DNA of 64,000 nucleotides from a virus (Duplodnaviria; Caudoviricetes). Where the stretch lies: positions 1-64,000 of the IMG/VR virus record IMGVR_UViG_3300021387_000272; one strand, written 5' to 3'. This document shows, piece after piece, positions 8,971-18,185 of the stretch. The translations under genes were made by a program, and so were the position numbers. The notes under the pieces were generated by a model. It saw only the letters and a list, made by a program, of their open reading frames with translations. It made no database searches and was not told where the DNA came from. The first letter of the stretch is position 1; each line of letters begins with the position of its first letter.

Positions 8971-9406
8971 AAAGAATGGCTATACTATAGGCCGATTATA
9001 TATAAATAATAAGTACTTCTGTGATACCCTTGAAGATGTAGACAGGGGACTAAGCTCCAAAATGTCCTTAGATGAACTCAAAAGGAAGAAACTTGCTCAT
9101 ATTACAGCTATACCTACAGGAAGGTACCAAATAACAATGAATGTGATTTCTCCTAAGATGAGCAGGTCTAATTTCTATAAGCAATTTGGAGGAGGAAGAG
9201 TACCCAGACTTCTCAATGTTCCAGCCTACGAAGGTATATTAATTCATTGTGGTAATACAGCCAAAGATACAGATGGCTGCATACTCGTAGGAAAGAACAC
9301 AAAGGTAGGCATGGTTTTAGATTCCAAAATTACGTACTCCAATCTTTATCCTCTATTGGAGGCAACGTCTAAGAGGAATGAGAAAATCTTTATCACAGTA
9401 GAGTAG
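8942..9406 (+). CDS. DUF5675 family protein, putative L,D-peptidase-type endolysin
   Basis: LKLRR...YTIGRLYIN...FCDTLED and GILIHCGNTAKDTDGCILVG (His/Cys, YkuD-like). Confidence 0.85.
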   Translation: MELKLRRIAKKNGYTIGRLYINNKYFCDTLEDVDRGLSSKMSLDELKRKKLAHITAIPTGRYQITMNVISPKMSRSNFYKQFGGGRVPRLLNVPAYEGILIHCGNTAKDTDGCILVGKNTKVGMVLDSKITYSNLYPLLEATSKRNEKIFITVE

Positions 9407-9462
9407 CTTTTGATTTTATTACCAAAATAGTATCACTTGTTGTGAAGGTAACAATAAATGTT

Positions 9463-9472
9463 TATCTTTGCA
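9463..9472 (+). promoter_or_regulatory. Promoter -7 element for the head operon
   Basis: TATCTTTGCA upstream of ATG 9501. Confidence 0.75.
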
Positions 9473-9500
9473 GCAAGATTATTAATCATAGGAAGAGATA

Positions 9501-10733
9501 ATGGAACTAGGTATTGGAGTAGATTCACTCTTAAGTCCGAATGAATGGGTAGATTCTTCGGAGCTGTTTGGCCAAGACAGTGGTGAAAAAGGAGGCACTA
9601 GTCAGAATACTGACACAAATGCAGGAGTTCCTGCAAGTAATGAAGGAGAAGAAGAGAGTTCACAAACACAGAACTCAGGTATAGTAGATAATGGAAACAG
9701 CACTACTGAGGTGGTGGACACATCAAGTAACTTGTTTGGTGGCCAATCATCAGAGAGCGTAGGTAGTGATGACAATAAAAGGGGAAATGGAGGGCCGTCC
9801 AATCAAAATGGTGGAGGCAGTTCTACCCAGACAAATGTCATCTCTTCCTTTGCTAAAGCTATGAGAGCAGATGGCTACCTCCAGAACCTCAAAGATGAAG
9901 ACCTTGAGAACATCACAGATGCTCACTCAATGGCAGAGGCCATTAAGAAAGAGGTTGAAGCTCAGCTCTCCCAAGAGCAGCTTAGGATTAAGCAAGCCCT
10001 TGAAGGAGGTGCTAATGCTGATGAAATTAATCAGTACCACACTGCCCTTGAAAATCTCAATAACTTAACTGATGAGATTGTAACAGCAGACAATGAACAA
10101 AGTAAGAACCTTAGGATGAATCTTATTTATAGAGACTTTCTGAATAAGGGTATTGCTGAGGAGAAGGCAAAGCAACTCACACTTCGTAGTGTAGAAGCGG
10201 GTACTGATAAAGATGATGCTCTAGATGCACTGCAAGCCAATAAGGATTACTTTCAGGAGAAGTATGATAATCTCCTTAAAGGTGCAGAGGATAGGCAGAA
10301 TGCTACTAAAAATGAGATTAAGAAGCAGGCAGAGGAACTTAAGGCATCTCTCTTAGATTCTGAAGAAGTCTTTAAAGGATTTAAGATGGATTCTAAGACA
10401 AGGCAGAAAGCCTATGATGCAGTTACCAAGCCTGTATATAAGACTCAAGACGGAAGACAGCTTACTGCTATCCAGAAATATGCTGAAGAGCATCCAGTAG
10501 AATTCCGTAAGGCCCTAGGTACATACTTTGTTCTTACCAACGGTTTCCAAGGTATTGGGGAATTACTGAATAAAGAGGTTAGAAAACAAGTACAGTCACA
10601 TCTGAACCGCTTTGATGAAAATCTGCATTCCAGACCCAGTGGTGGCAATATGGTGTATATGGAAGGTGATAGGGGAGGAGCAAGTTCTGAATCATTGCTA
10701 GACGGAGGTTGGCTTCTTGATACAGGTAAGTAA
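9501..10733 (+). CDS. Conserved pre-capsid protein (scaffold-like), 410 aa
   Basis: Acidic low-complexity N-terminus plus helical coiled-coil region; directly upstream of the MCP as in crAss-like phages. Confidence 0.6.
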   Translation: MELGIGVDSLLSPNEWVDSSELFGQDSGEKGGTSQNTDTNAGVPASNEGEEESSQTQNSGIVDNGNSTTEVVDTSSNLFGGQSSESVGSDDNKRGNGGPSNQNGGGSSTQTNVISSFAKAMRADGYLQNLKDEDLENITDAHSMAEAIKKEVEAQLSQEQLRIKQALEGGANADEINQYHTALENLNNLTDEIVTADNEQSKNLRMNLIYRDFLNKGIAEEKAKQLTLRSVEAGTDKDDALDALQANKDYFQEKYDNLLKGAEDRQNATKNEIKKQAEELKASLLDSEEVFKGFKMDSKTRQKAYDAVTKPVYKTQDGRQLTAIQKYAEEHPVEFRKALGTYFVLTNGFQGIGELLNKEVRKQVQSHLNRFDENLHSRPSGGNMVYMEGDRGGASSESLLDGGWLLDTGK

Positions 10734-10753
10734 AACAATTAAAATTTAGAATT

Positions 10754-12289
10754 ATGGCTGGAAAGCTTGGAAAATTTCAATTGAGGGGTTTCACAGGTTG
10801 GGCAGACATCACCCGTGATAACCACCTTAGTGCCATGTGGCAGAGGCAGCCTCAACGTGCAACTGATATTATGATTCAGCTGCTTGCTTACAATCATGGT
10901 ACAAGTTTGGAGTCATTCCTGAATCAGTTCCCCACTAAGGAATTTGATGATGATACAGACTTCTATTGGGATGTGCTTGCATCTGCAGCACGTAATATTC
11001 CTCTGATTGAAGCTCGTAAAGAGGATGGTGTAACTCCAGTAGCCGCTGGTGATGGCAATATTGGTGTAGGAGGTGTTCCCTTCTATCTGGTATTTGGCGA
11101 AAAGTGGTTCTTTGATGGTGAAACTATTGTAGGTAACTACAATGAGGTTTATCCTATGCGAATTCTTGAGGAGCCTCGCGTTGAGGGTACCAATGCTGTA
11201 TATAAGGTACAGCTCCATGGCAATGTCATGAATGGTATTCCTGCAGGTCGTCTGCTTAATGGTGAGCGTTTCTCTTATGAGTATGCAGCTGTTGAGACTG
11301 AGGGTAGCCGTAAGGTAGGTGGTGTTCGTCACACTATGCCTGTAGCTATGCGCAATGGTTGGACTCAAATCCGTAAGTCTCACAAGGTATTTGGCAATAA
11401 GATGGACCGCAAGGTTGCTATGGGTATTCCTATGGTTCGCCAGGATGCTTCAGGCAAGCAGGTGCATGATACTGCTAACTACTGGATGCACTATGAGGAC
11501 TATGAGTATGAGCTTGAGTGGCAGCAGGAGAAGAACCGCATGTTGGCGTTTGCCCGTGATAACTCCAATGCTAATCATGAGTATACTGATTTTGGTAAGT
11601 CAGGTGGTGTTATCCGCATGGGTGATGGTATCTTTGCACAGACTGAGTATGCCAACGTGATTTATTATAATGATACCACTGGTGTCATGAAGCTGGTTAT
11701 GGATGCTCTGTCTGAGATGTCAGAGGGCAAGCTCCTGCCTCAGCAGCGTAAGTTTGTCATCAAGACTGGTGAGCGTGGTGCTCTTATCTTCAACCGTGAG
11801 GCTAAGCGTGAGTCTTCAGGCTGGCTGCCTCTGTATCAGGGTGATAACAATCCTGCAGCTATTTCTAAGGTAAATGCTAAGTTTACCAATGGCAATGCTG
11901 TTAAGATTACTGACTTCCAGGTTACAGAGTGGCAGGCTCCTAATGGAGTTTATGTGAAGCTTGATGTAGACCCATTCTACGATGATAAGGTTCGTAACAA
12001 GATTTATCATCCAGAGGGTGGTGTAGCATTCAGCTACCGCTTTGACATCTGGTATCTGGGTACTGAGGGCTCTACTCCTAACATCCAGAAGGCTACCTGC
12101 AAGACTCAGCCTGAACTTCGTTCTTATGAGCCAGGTATCCGCAATCCTTGGACTGGAGAGCGCAACCTGTCTTGGGCATCTAATGATGAGGATGCATGCA
12201 CAGTACACACCATGTTCTTCGGAGGTGCTATTGTGTATGACCCAACCAAGTGTGTATCTATTATTCCGTCTATTTTGAGGGCTTCTTAA
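10754..12289 (+). CDS. Major capsid protein (crAss-like, HK97 fold)
   Basis: MAGKLGKFQ...NHLSAM, GERFS.EYAAVETEGSRKVG, GGVIRMGDGIFAQ, LDVDPFYDD..RNKIYHPEGGVAFSYRFDI; strongly biased codon usage. Confidence 0.92.
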   Translation: MAGKLGKFQLRGFTGWADITRDNHLSAMWQRQPQRATDIMIQLLAYNHGTSLESFLNQFPTKEFDDDTDFYWDVLASAARNIPLIEARKEDGVTPVAAGDGNIGVGGVPFYLVFGEKWFFDGETIVGNYNEVYPMRILEEPRVEGTNAVYKVQLHGNVMNGIPAGRLLNGERFSYEYAAVETEGSRKVGGVRHTMPVAMRNGWTQIRKSHKVFGNKMDRKVAMGIPMVRQDASGKQVHDTANYWMHYEDYEYELEWQQEKNRMLAFARDNSNANHEYTDFGKSGGVIRMGDGIFAQTEYANVIYYNDTTGVMKLVMDALSEMSEGKLLPQQRKFVIKTGERGALIFNREAKRESSGWLPLYQGDNNPAAISKVNAKFTNGNAVKITDFQVTEWQAPNGVYVKLDVDPFYDDKVRNKIYHPEGGVAFSYRFDIWYLGTEGSTPNIQKATCKTQPELRSYEPGIRNPWTGERNLSWASNDEDACTVHTMFFGGAIVYDPTKCVSIIPSILRAS

Positions 12290-12302
12290 AATAGCATAAT
12301 TA

Positions 12303-12348
12303 GGAGTGGCAGGGAAGTTTTGTTGATTTCTTCCCTGCCCACTTCTTT
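12303..12348 (+). terminator. Intrinsic terminator after the MCP gene
   Basis: GGAGTGGCAGGGAAG...CTTCCCTGCCCACTTC followed by TTT. Confidence 0.75.
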
Positions 12349-12388
12349 AAATAAATAATTAACAAACAATCAAATAAGGAAGAGAGTT

Positions 12389-13258
12389 ATGGGAGAAAAT
12401 TTGATTAGTCCACTCAGAAATGAGCGAGTAATAGTAAGACGTCTTTTAAAAGAAGGCAAGATTACTAATCCAAAACATGTACTTTATGGAGGCATGGCTG
12501 CAGGAGCCTTTAAATGGTTTACAGTACCAATGCTCAGAAATGGTCAGTTGGTAGATGTATTAACCAAGCAAGAAAAGGATTTCCTTGAGGAAGCCATGGG
12601 ACTTGAAGCCAATGCTTTGTCTGTACACAGAAAGGTAGACAACTACTGGTCTAATTACAAAGTAAAGTTAGGCAAGGAAGATACTATCCTTAACCTGAAT
12701 GACCCTGAGGAATATATCAAGTATAAGGTTCTTCTCAACAACACAGACCAAATTGCGCCTTCTCTTGATGAAGTATCTCTTAGACCAAAAGAGACTTATG
12801 AGTATGTTTTGCTTCATGAAGAAGAGGAAGCTAAGGCTAACCAAAAGCGTGTCAATAAGAACATTGAAGCTTATAAGGCATTTGGTAAACTTGAGAATGA
12901 TAGAGACAAGCTGCGTACTATTGTAGAAATTGCTACATCACGTCCTCAGCATAAGACTGTTAGCCTTGAAATTCTCACAGACCAAGTAGACCGTCTTATT
13001 CAGGCAGATGCTAACCTGTTCCTTACAATTGCTCAAGACCCATTGCTTGATACTAAAGTACTCCTTAAAAAGGGTAGGGAATGTGGAGCAGTCAAAGTTA
13101 AGAATGATTTGTTCTATGATTCTGACGGAAAGCCCTTGTGTGACGCAGGCAATGCAACATTCTCAGTAGCAGCTGAATGGCTTAATAAACCCAAGAACCA
13201 GGGAACTAAACTTGCCATTGAAGCAAAGATAAAAGCTGCTGAAGAATTAGAACAATGA
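12389..13258 (+). CDS. Conserved crAss-like protein following the MCP, 289 aa
   Basis: Syntenic position; PLRNERVIVR...HVLYGGMA...LNLNDPEEYIKYKVLL. Confidence 0.7.
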   Translation: MGENLISPLRNERVIVRRLLKEGKITNPKHVLYGGMAAGAFKWFTVPMLRNGQLVDVLTKQEKDFLEEAMGLEANALSVHRKVDNYWSNYKVKLGKEDTILNLNDPEEYIKYKVLLNNTDQIAPSLDEVSLRPKETYEYVLLHEEEEAKANQKRVNKNIEAYKAFGKLENDRDKLRTIVEIATSRPQHKTVSLEILTDQVDRLIQADANLFLTIAQDPLLDTKVLLKKGRECGAVKVKNDLFYDSDGKPLCDAGNATFSVAAEWLNKPKNQGTKLAIEAKIKAAEELEQ

Positions 13259-13275
13259 CAAATTTAGTAATAAGG

Positions 13276-13309
13276 TACTACTTTTAGAAATAAAAGTAGT
13301 ATCTTTGCA
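13276..13309 (+). promoter_or_regulatory. Promoter -7 element overlapped by an 11-bp hairpin
   Basis: TACTACTTTTA-GAAA-TAAAAGTAGTA runs into TATCTTTGCA (13300-13309). Confidence 0.7.
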
Positions 13310-13327
13310 ACATAAAAGGTATAGGAT

Positions 13328-14242
13328 ATGAACACAGTTAAAGAATGGTCAGATGCTTTTGATGTCCTGTATAATCAGGTAATGAGCAATTCATCAGCAG
13401 CCCTTGATGAATATGATAAGTCCATCTTCTTGACTAAGGCTCAAGAAGAGATAGTGAAAAACTATTTCAATCCTAAAGGTAATAAGTATCAGGAGGGCTA
13501 TGATGATACTGCTAAGAGACAGGCAGATTTTGCTACATTAGTAAAGACAGCAACTCTCACAACACCGAGCGGTTACTCCAAATTTGATACAAGAAGTGAC
13601 GCTTATGTGTTTCCCCCTGATTATTTTATTGCTATAAATGAGCAGTTTCAGGTAGTGACTAATGGTAAGACCTATCCTTATACTATTATTCCCATCAGCT
13701 ATACCACCTATAATAGAGTAATGCAGAAGCCTTATAAGTATCCTCCTAAGAATCAGGTATGGAGACTTATTACAGGGGAGCAAGCAAGTTCTGGAGTATC
13801 CGTTGGATATTGGCAAAAGACAGGCCAGAATAATGTAGCTGGAAGTTACACAAATGCTTCTGCTAGCAGCTTACCTGGAGGCCCTTATGCTGATATTACA
13901 GCTGCAGAGGAGGATGGTTGGTCTTTTGTAGGTACTACTGTAGGAGGTGGACAGATTCCTATTGTAGAAATAATAGGCAGGTTTATTAATGGCACTAGTC
14001 GTACATATAAGTTAAGATATATAAGGAGACCTAATCCTATAATCTTGGTGAACTTGTCTACAATAGATGATACTCTCTCTATTAATGGAAATGTCAGTGC
14101 TTCTACTTGTGAGCTCCCTGAGCACATCCATGAGGAAATTCTCCAACGTGCAGTAGAACTTGCCAAGGCAGCTTATGCTACTGACCAGAATGGTACTATA
14201 CAGCTGAACAACCAAGTTCAGATGGGACAAAGAAGTGAGTAA
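13328..14242 (+). CDS. Tail ring protein (crAss001 gp34-like)
   Basis: EWSDAFDVLYN...LDEYDKSIFLTKAQEEIV...YIRRPNPIIL...CELPEHIHEEILQRAVELA; paralog of the next gene. Confidence 0.8.
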   Translation: MNTVKEWSDAFDVLYNQVMSNSSAALDEYDKSIFLTKAQEEIVKNYFNPKGNKYQEGYDDTAKRQADFATLVKTATLTTPSGYSKFDTRSDAYVFPPDYFIAINEQFQVVTNGKTYPYTIIPISYTTYNRVMQKPYKYPPKNQVWRLITGEQASSGVSVGYWQKTGQNNVAGSYTNASASSLPGGPYADITAAEEDGWSFVGTTVGGGQIPIVEIIGRFINGTSRTYKLRYIRRPNPIILVNLSTIDDTLSINGNVSASTCELPEHIHEEILQRAVELAKAAYATDQNGTIQLNNQVQMGQRSE

Positions 14243-14256
14243 TAAATAAGTGAGTT

Positions 14257-14991
14257 ATGTCTGTAAAAGAGATGTCTGATGCCTTTGATTCGATGCTCAA
14301 CAGTTATGCTAACACAGCGAGCTTTGGTGAAGAATCTAGTAAATTAGATATTACTTTGGATGAGTACGAGAAATCCCTATACCTCACCCAAGCCCAAGAG
14401 GGTTTGATTAGGGAGTACTATTCAGGAAGGGGTATCTCAGACGCCTTTGAAGAAACTGAAGAAACAAGGAGAGCATTAGCGGAGCTAGTGATTCATGAAG
14501 AAATAACTGTAAGTGATGCTGATGCCTCCTCTGTACTCACAAAGCATTCGTATGTATTTGACCTTCCTTCTGATTTATGGTACATCGTCTATGAAGGAGC
14601 TGTATTAGATTTAGAGGGAAGTGATGCATGTGAAGAGGCCCTTAATGGAATAGGAGAAGGGGCTGTAATTATACCTGCAAGGTACGATGAACTTCACTAT
14701 CTTCTCAACAATCCCTTCAGAGGGCCAAAAGGAAATCGGGTATTACGTCTTGATAAATCAGGCAATCAGGTAGAGTTAATCTCCATAAGCCACCCAGTTG
14801 CTAAATATGTCATTAGATATATCACGCAACCATCACCAATCATATTGGTTAACCTGCCAGAGACACTGAATATAAGAGGCGAAAATACTGCAACTGAGTG
14901 CCAGTTACCAACACAGCTTCATCAGGTAATACTTGAGAGAGCAGTTGCAAACGCAGTGAGGTCAAAGCTCACGGCAAGGACTCAGGGTTAA
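14257..14991 (+). CDS. Tail ring protein (gp35-like), tandem paralog
   Basis: EMSDAFDSMLN...LDEYEKSLYLTQAQE...YITQPSPIIL...CQLPTQLHQVILERAV. Confidence 0.8.
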   Translation: MSVKEMSDAFDSMLNSYANTASFGEESSKLDITLDEYEKSLYLTQAQEGLIREYYSGRGISDAFEETEETRRALAELVIHEEITVSDADASSVLTKHSYVFDLPSDLWYIVYEGAVLDLEGSDACEEALNGIGEGAVIIPARYDELHYLLNNPFRGPKGNRVLRLDKSGNQVELISISHPVAKYVIRYITQPSPIILVNLPETLNIRGENTATECQLPTQLHQVILERAVANAVRSKLTARTQG

Positions 14992-15021
14992 TTTAGTAAT
15001 AATAGTTAAAACGTTTTAAGT

Positions 15022-15894
15022 ATGTTTAGTACATCACAAGTCCGTCAGCTTTATGTAGTTACTGGTCTGGCTGAAGCTGTCCCCACCACTGAGGGCAATA
15101 TCCAGGTTAAGGCTACTGCTGACAACAAGGAATTCTATTTCCTCCACATGGGCAAGGGTGGACTGGTTCACTCTGACCTTATTCCCGTGAAGCTTGTGCG
15201 TTCTTTGACGCAGACTCCGTATGCTGCTCTGCATACCAAGCTTAAGTCTAAAACGGTGACTGTATCTGGCACTCCTGTAGTTGGTCAGACTTACAGTCTT
15301 AAGCTCACCTTCCGTAACTACATTGGTATGGGAGATGAGGATACTACTGTCAAGGTAGGTACTTTCACAGTGAAGAATTCTTCTATTACTGCTGCTCAGG
15401 TAGCTGCAGGTCTGAAGGCTTCTCTGGAGGCTAACGCTGACCTTGCCAGTCTCTGCTCAATTACCATTGCCTCCAATGTTCTTACAATCAGTGAAGTGGA
15501 GCAGCCTTGGGAGCTGGGTAAGTTCCCTGTAGCTGTTATTCCGTTTGAGGTAACTCTCGGCACTATTGTAGAAAATGGAGTAACTCACAATGAATGGGGT
15601 ACTGTAGCTGCTGGTTCTACCACTACTGCTACTGACGCCATTAAAAAGCTCGCTGACCTTGAATGGTTCTGCTTGGGAGACCGTGCTTCTCAAGACCGTC
15701 AGGGTGGTCCTTATGCTCTGGAGAGTAAGACCATGATTAACATGGCTTCTACTTATGATGTTATCAACATCCAGTATGCCTTCCAGGGTGAAGGAGTGTC
15801 TGTTCAGTTCTCTGAGAAAACTATGCACTTGTTGGTTCCCGCAGGGAATACAACTATTCTTGCAGCAATTCAAGCAATTATAAATCCCGAATAA
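15022..15894 (+). CDS. Auxiliary capsid protein (gp36-like)
   Basis: MFSTSQVRQLYVV...LADLEWFCLGDR; MCP-like codon bias, own terminator, syntenic position. Confidence 0.7.
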   Translation: MFSTSQVRQLYVVTGLAEAVPTTEGNIQVKATADNKEFYFLHMGKGGLVHSDLIPVKLVRSLTQTPYAALHTKLKSKTVTVSGTPVVGQTYSLKLTFRNYIGMGDEDTTVKVGTFTVKNSSITAAQVAAGLKASLEANADLASLCSITIASNVLTISEVEQPWELGKFPVAVIPFEVTLGTIVENGVTHNEWGTVAAGSTTTATDAIKKLADLEWFCLGDRASQDRQGGPYALESKTMINMASTYDVINIQYAFQGEGVSVQFSEKTMHLLVPAGNTTILAAIQAIINPE

Positions 15895-15945
15895 TTTGGA
15901 ATAATCACAAGGGGAACTTTTTTAGGATTTTCGGTAAAGAGGTAG

Positions 15946-15973
15946 GAGGGAGGCTAAAGAGTCTCCCTCTTAT
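15946..15973 (+). terminator. Intrinsic terminator
   Basis: GAGGGAGGCT-AAAG-AGTCTCCCTC followed by TTAT. Confidence 0.75.
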
Positions 15974-16065
15974 AATTTTACCTCCAATAGAGAAATAGAA
16001 ATAGACCTTGTGATTTACTATGTATATAATCTTGGTATTGCCTAAACAACAAAGTTAGTTATTCT

Positions 16066-16099
16066 TTTGCCAATGTGAATTAAAACCTTTATATTTGCA
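16066..16099 (+). promoter_or_regulatory. Bacteroidota sigma-A type promoter
   Basis: TTTG (16066-16069), 20-nt spacer, TATATTTG (16090-16097), then CA. Confidence 0.85.
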
Positions 16100-16131
16100 T
16101 CACAAAGAATCTAAAATAAAAATATAGTAAT

Positions 16132-16869
16132 ATGACACTGAGAGAACTAGTATTCATCTGTCTTGATGAGCTTAAGTTATCTGCTTCTGATGACAGCTTC
16201 TTCAATGAGAATCATGTAAGGTTCTTACTTAATAAGTGGAGAGCACGTCTGCTTAAACAGGAGTATGATAATAATAAGAATAAGGAGATTTCTGAATCAG
16301 CCTATCAGACCATCTGTCTTGACCTGGAGGATGAAAATTCTCTCGGTTCTGATATTAACTGTGGAGAATTCTTTCGTAGGAGTGTGCAGACTATTCCACC
16401 ACTTATGCAAGGAGTGGGAAGTCCAATTCTATCTGCAGGAGGAATATTTTCCAACGACAGAATAGCTTATGTAAGTAGGCAGAAGATGAGATTTGTGGGC
16501 TACAATAGATGGCTTAAAAACATCATCTATGCAGCTCTTGGAGATAATAGCAGACTATATCTATCCTCCAACAATTCTCAATTCAGGTACTTAGACAAGA
16601 TTCAGTTTACAGGAGTGTTTGAGGATGCTGAAAAAGCTATGGAACTCTCTTGTGAGAAGAATGAAGAGTCTTGTGATGCTATGGACCAAGAGTATCCTTT
16701 TGAGTCTTACCTTGTACCTGTATTGGTATACAATGTAGTAAAGGAGCTGCTTGGTGCTAAGTATCAGCCTATTGATGACCAGAATAATGATAGGGATGAC
16801 CTTGCTGCATTAGCACAATTCCTTAGAAGTAACATGAAGTCTGACTTGCTTAAAAAGCTAGAGCAATAA
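16132..16869 (+). CDS. Tail ring protein (gp40-like)
   Basis: MTLRELVFICLDELK...DDSFFNENHVRFLLNKWRARLLKQEY...YQTICLDL...RLYLSSNN...GVFEDAE. Confidence 0.75.
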   Translation: MTLRELVFICLDELKLSASDDSFFNENHVRFLLNKWRARLLKQEYDNNKNKEISESAYQTICLDLEDENSLGSDINCGEFFRRSVQTIPPLMQGVGSPILSAGGIFSNDRIAYVSRQKMRFVGYNRWLKNIIYAALGDNSRLYLSSNNSQFRYLDKIQFTGVFEDAEKAMELSCEKNEESCDAMDQEYPFESYLVPVLVYNVVKELLGAKYQPIDDQNNDRDDLAALAQFLRSNMKSDLLKKLEQ

Positions 16870-17516
16870 TGGAATACAGGGAAGGGATGACATTTGAAGA
16901 CTTCGTAGGTCAGAAGAAAAGACGAAGGAAGAATAAGCGACAGATAGACTATTCAACAAAAGACTATCTAGAGCATTATAAACATTCTGTATGGAGATAC
17001 CAAGGGGGCCTCACTAAAGCTGGTAAGAGAAGAAAGAGGATGGCCAAGAACAGCAAGTGGAAACTGACTCCAGCTATGTTCAGAAAAATAGTGGTCTCTA
17101 TTAATTCTCTTCTATTGGAGGCAACTCTTCAAGGGCAAGATATTGAGCTCCCAGTAGAATTTGGTATTTTATATGCAAGGCAAAAACCTGTGTATACCAA
17201 GATAGATGAGAATGGTAATCTCAAAACCAATAGAGCTATAAATTGGAGAGATACTCTGAAACTTTGGTATGAAGATAAAGAATCTAGGGAGGCTAAGCAA
17301 CTAGTTTATCAAGAGGACTGCAAAGCAAAGCCTTATGTGAAGATTCAATTTGGAGATTTCACTAATAAAAGATTCTTGGAGTTTCATGCTACTCATAAGA
17401 ATCTAAGAGATATAACAAGGGCAATGAGTCAAGAAGGACTTGTTCTCCCCAATAGAGGAACATCAGTAAAAGCCATTAAAGATAATAGTTATGATAGAGA
17501 ACGTACAATATATTGA
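16869..17516 (+). CDS. IHF/HU-like DNA-binding protein of crAss-like phages
   Basis: FRKIVVSINSLLLEATLQGQDIELPVEFGILYAR matches the HU/IHF core; very basic N-terminus. Confidence 0.65.
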   Translation: MEYREGMTFEDFVGQKKRRRKNKRQIDYSTKDYLEHYKHSVWRYQGGLTKAGKRRKRMAKNSKWKLTPAMFRKIVVSINSLLLEATLQGQDIELPVEFGILYARQKPVYTKIDENGNLKTNRAINWRDTLKLWYEDKESREAKQLVYQEDCKAKPYVKIQFGDFTNKRFLEFHATHKNLRDITRAMSQEGLVLPNRGTSVKAIKDNSYDRERTIY

Positions 17517-18177
17517 TTTAAGGGAAATACTGGCAAGAGTTCTTGACCACCCTATGCTCCAAGATGTAAACTTGGAGAGTGCCATAAGGTATTCTTTGGA
17601 TTTTATCCGTAAAATGGGACTTCCTGAAGTTTACCTTGATAAGACAGAGACAGTTGAAATTGAAGATTACAGAGGAAAACTCCCCTGTGACTTAATCATC
17701 ATTAAGCAAGTAAGAGACCATAGAACTCATGTGTGCCTCAGAGCTATGACTGATAACTTCAATGAATTGCCCTCTAGGAACATTTCTCAGCCCTCCTTTA
17801 AGACTCAGGGACAGATTATCTACACTTCTTTCTGTCATGGCTGTGTGGACATTTCTTACAAGGCAATTAATACTGATGAGGATGGTTTCCCAATGCTTCC
17901 TGAGAATCCAGTATTCTTAGATGCACTGGAAAATTACATTAAGGTTAAGAGGTTCAGAATTCTCTTTGACCAAGGTAAGGTAGCCTTCAACGTATATCAG
18001 ACTGCCAGATATGAATACTTTGAGTCTGCTAGAGCTTGCCATGGTATGTTTGCTACTCCTTCTGAAAGTGAAATGGAATCTATCACTTCTATGATGCATC
18101 AGCTTATACCTAGAATTAATGAATTCCAAGCAGGGTTTAAGAATTTGGGTGATAAGGAATATACTAAATTTAAATAA
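17491..18177 (+). CDS. Tail ring / tubular protein (gp43-like)
   Basis: YIDLREILARVLDHPMLQDV...IEDYRGKLPCDL...GCVDISYKAINTDEDGFPMLPEN. Confidence 0.8.
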   Translation: MIENVQYIDLREILARVLDHPMLQDVNLESAIRYSLDFIRKMGLPEVYLDKTETVEIEDYRGKLPCDLIIIKQVRDHRTHVCLRAMTDNFNELPSRNISQPSFKTQGQIIYTSFCHGCVDISYKAINTDEDGFPMLPENPVFLDALENYIKVKRFRILFDQGKVAFNVYQTARYEYFESARACHGMFATPSESEMESITSMMHQLIPRINEFQAGFKNLGDKEYTKFK

Positions 18178-18185
18178 GTATTGCT

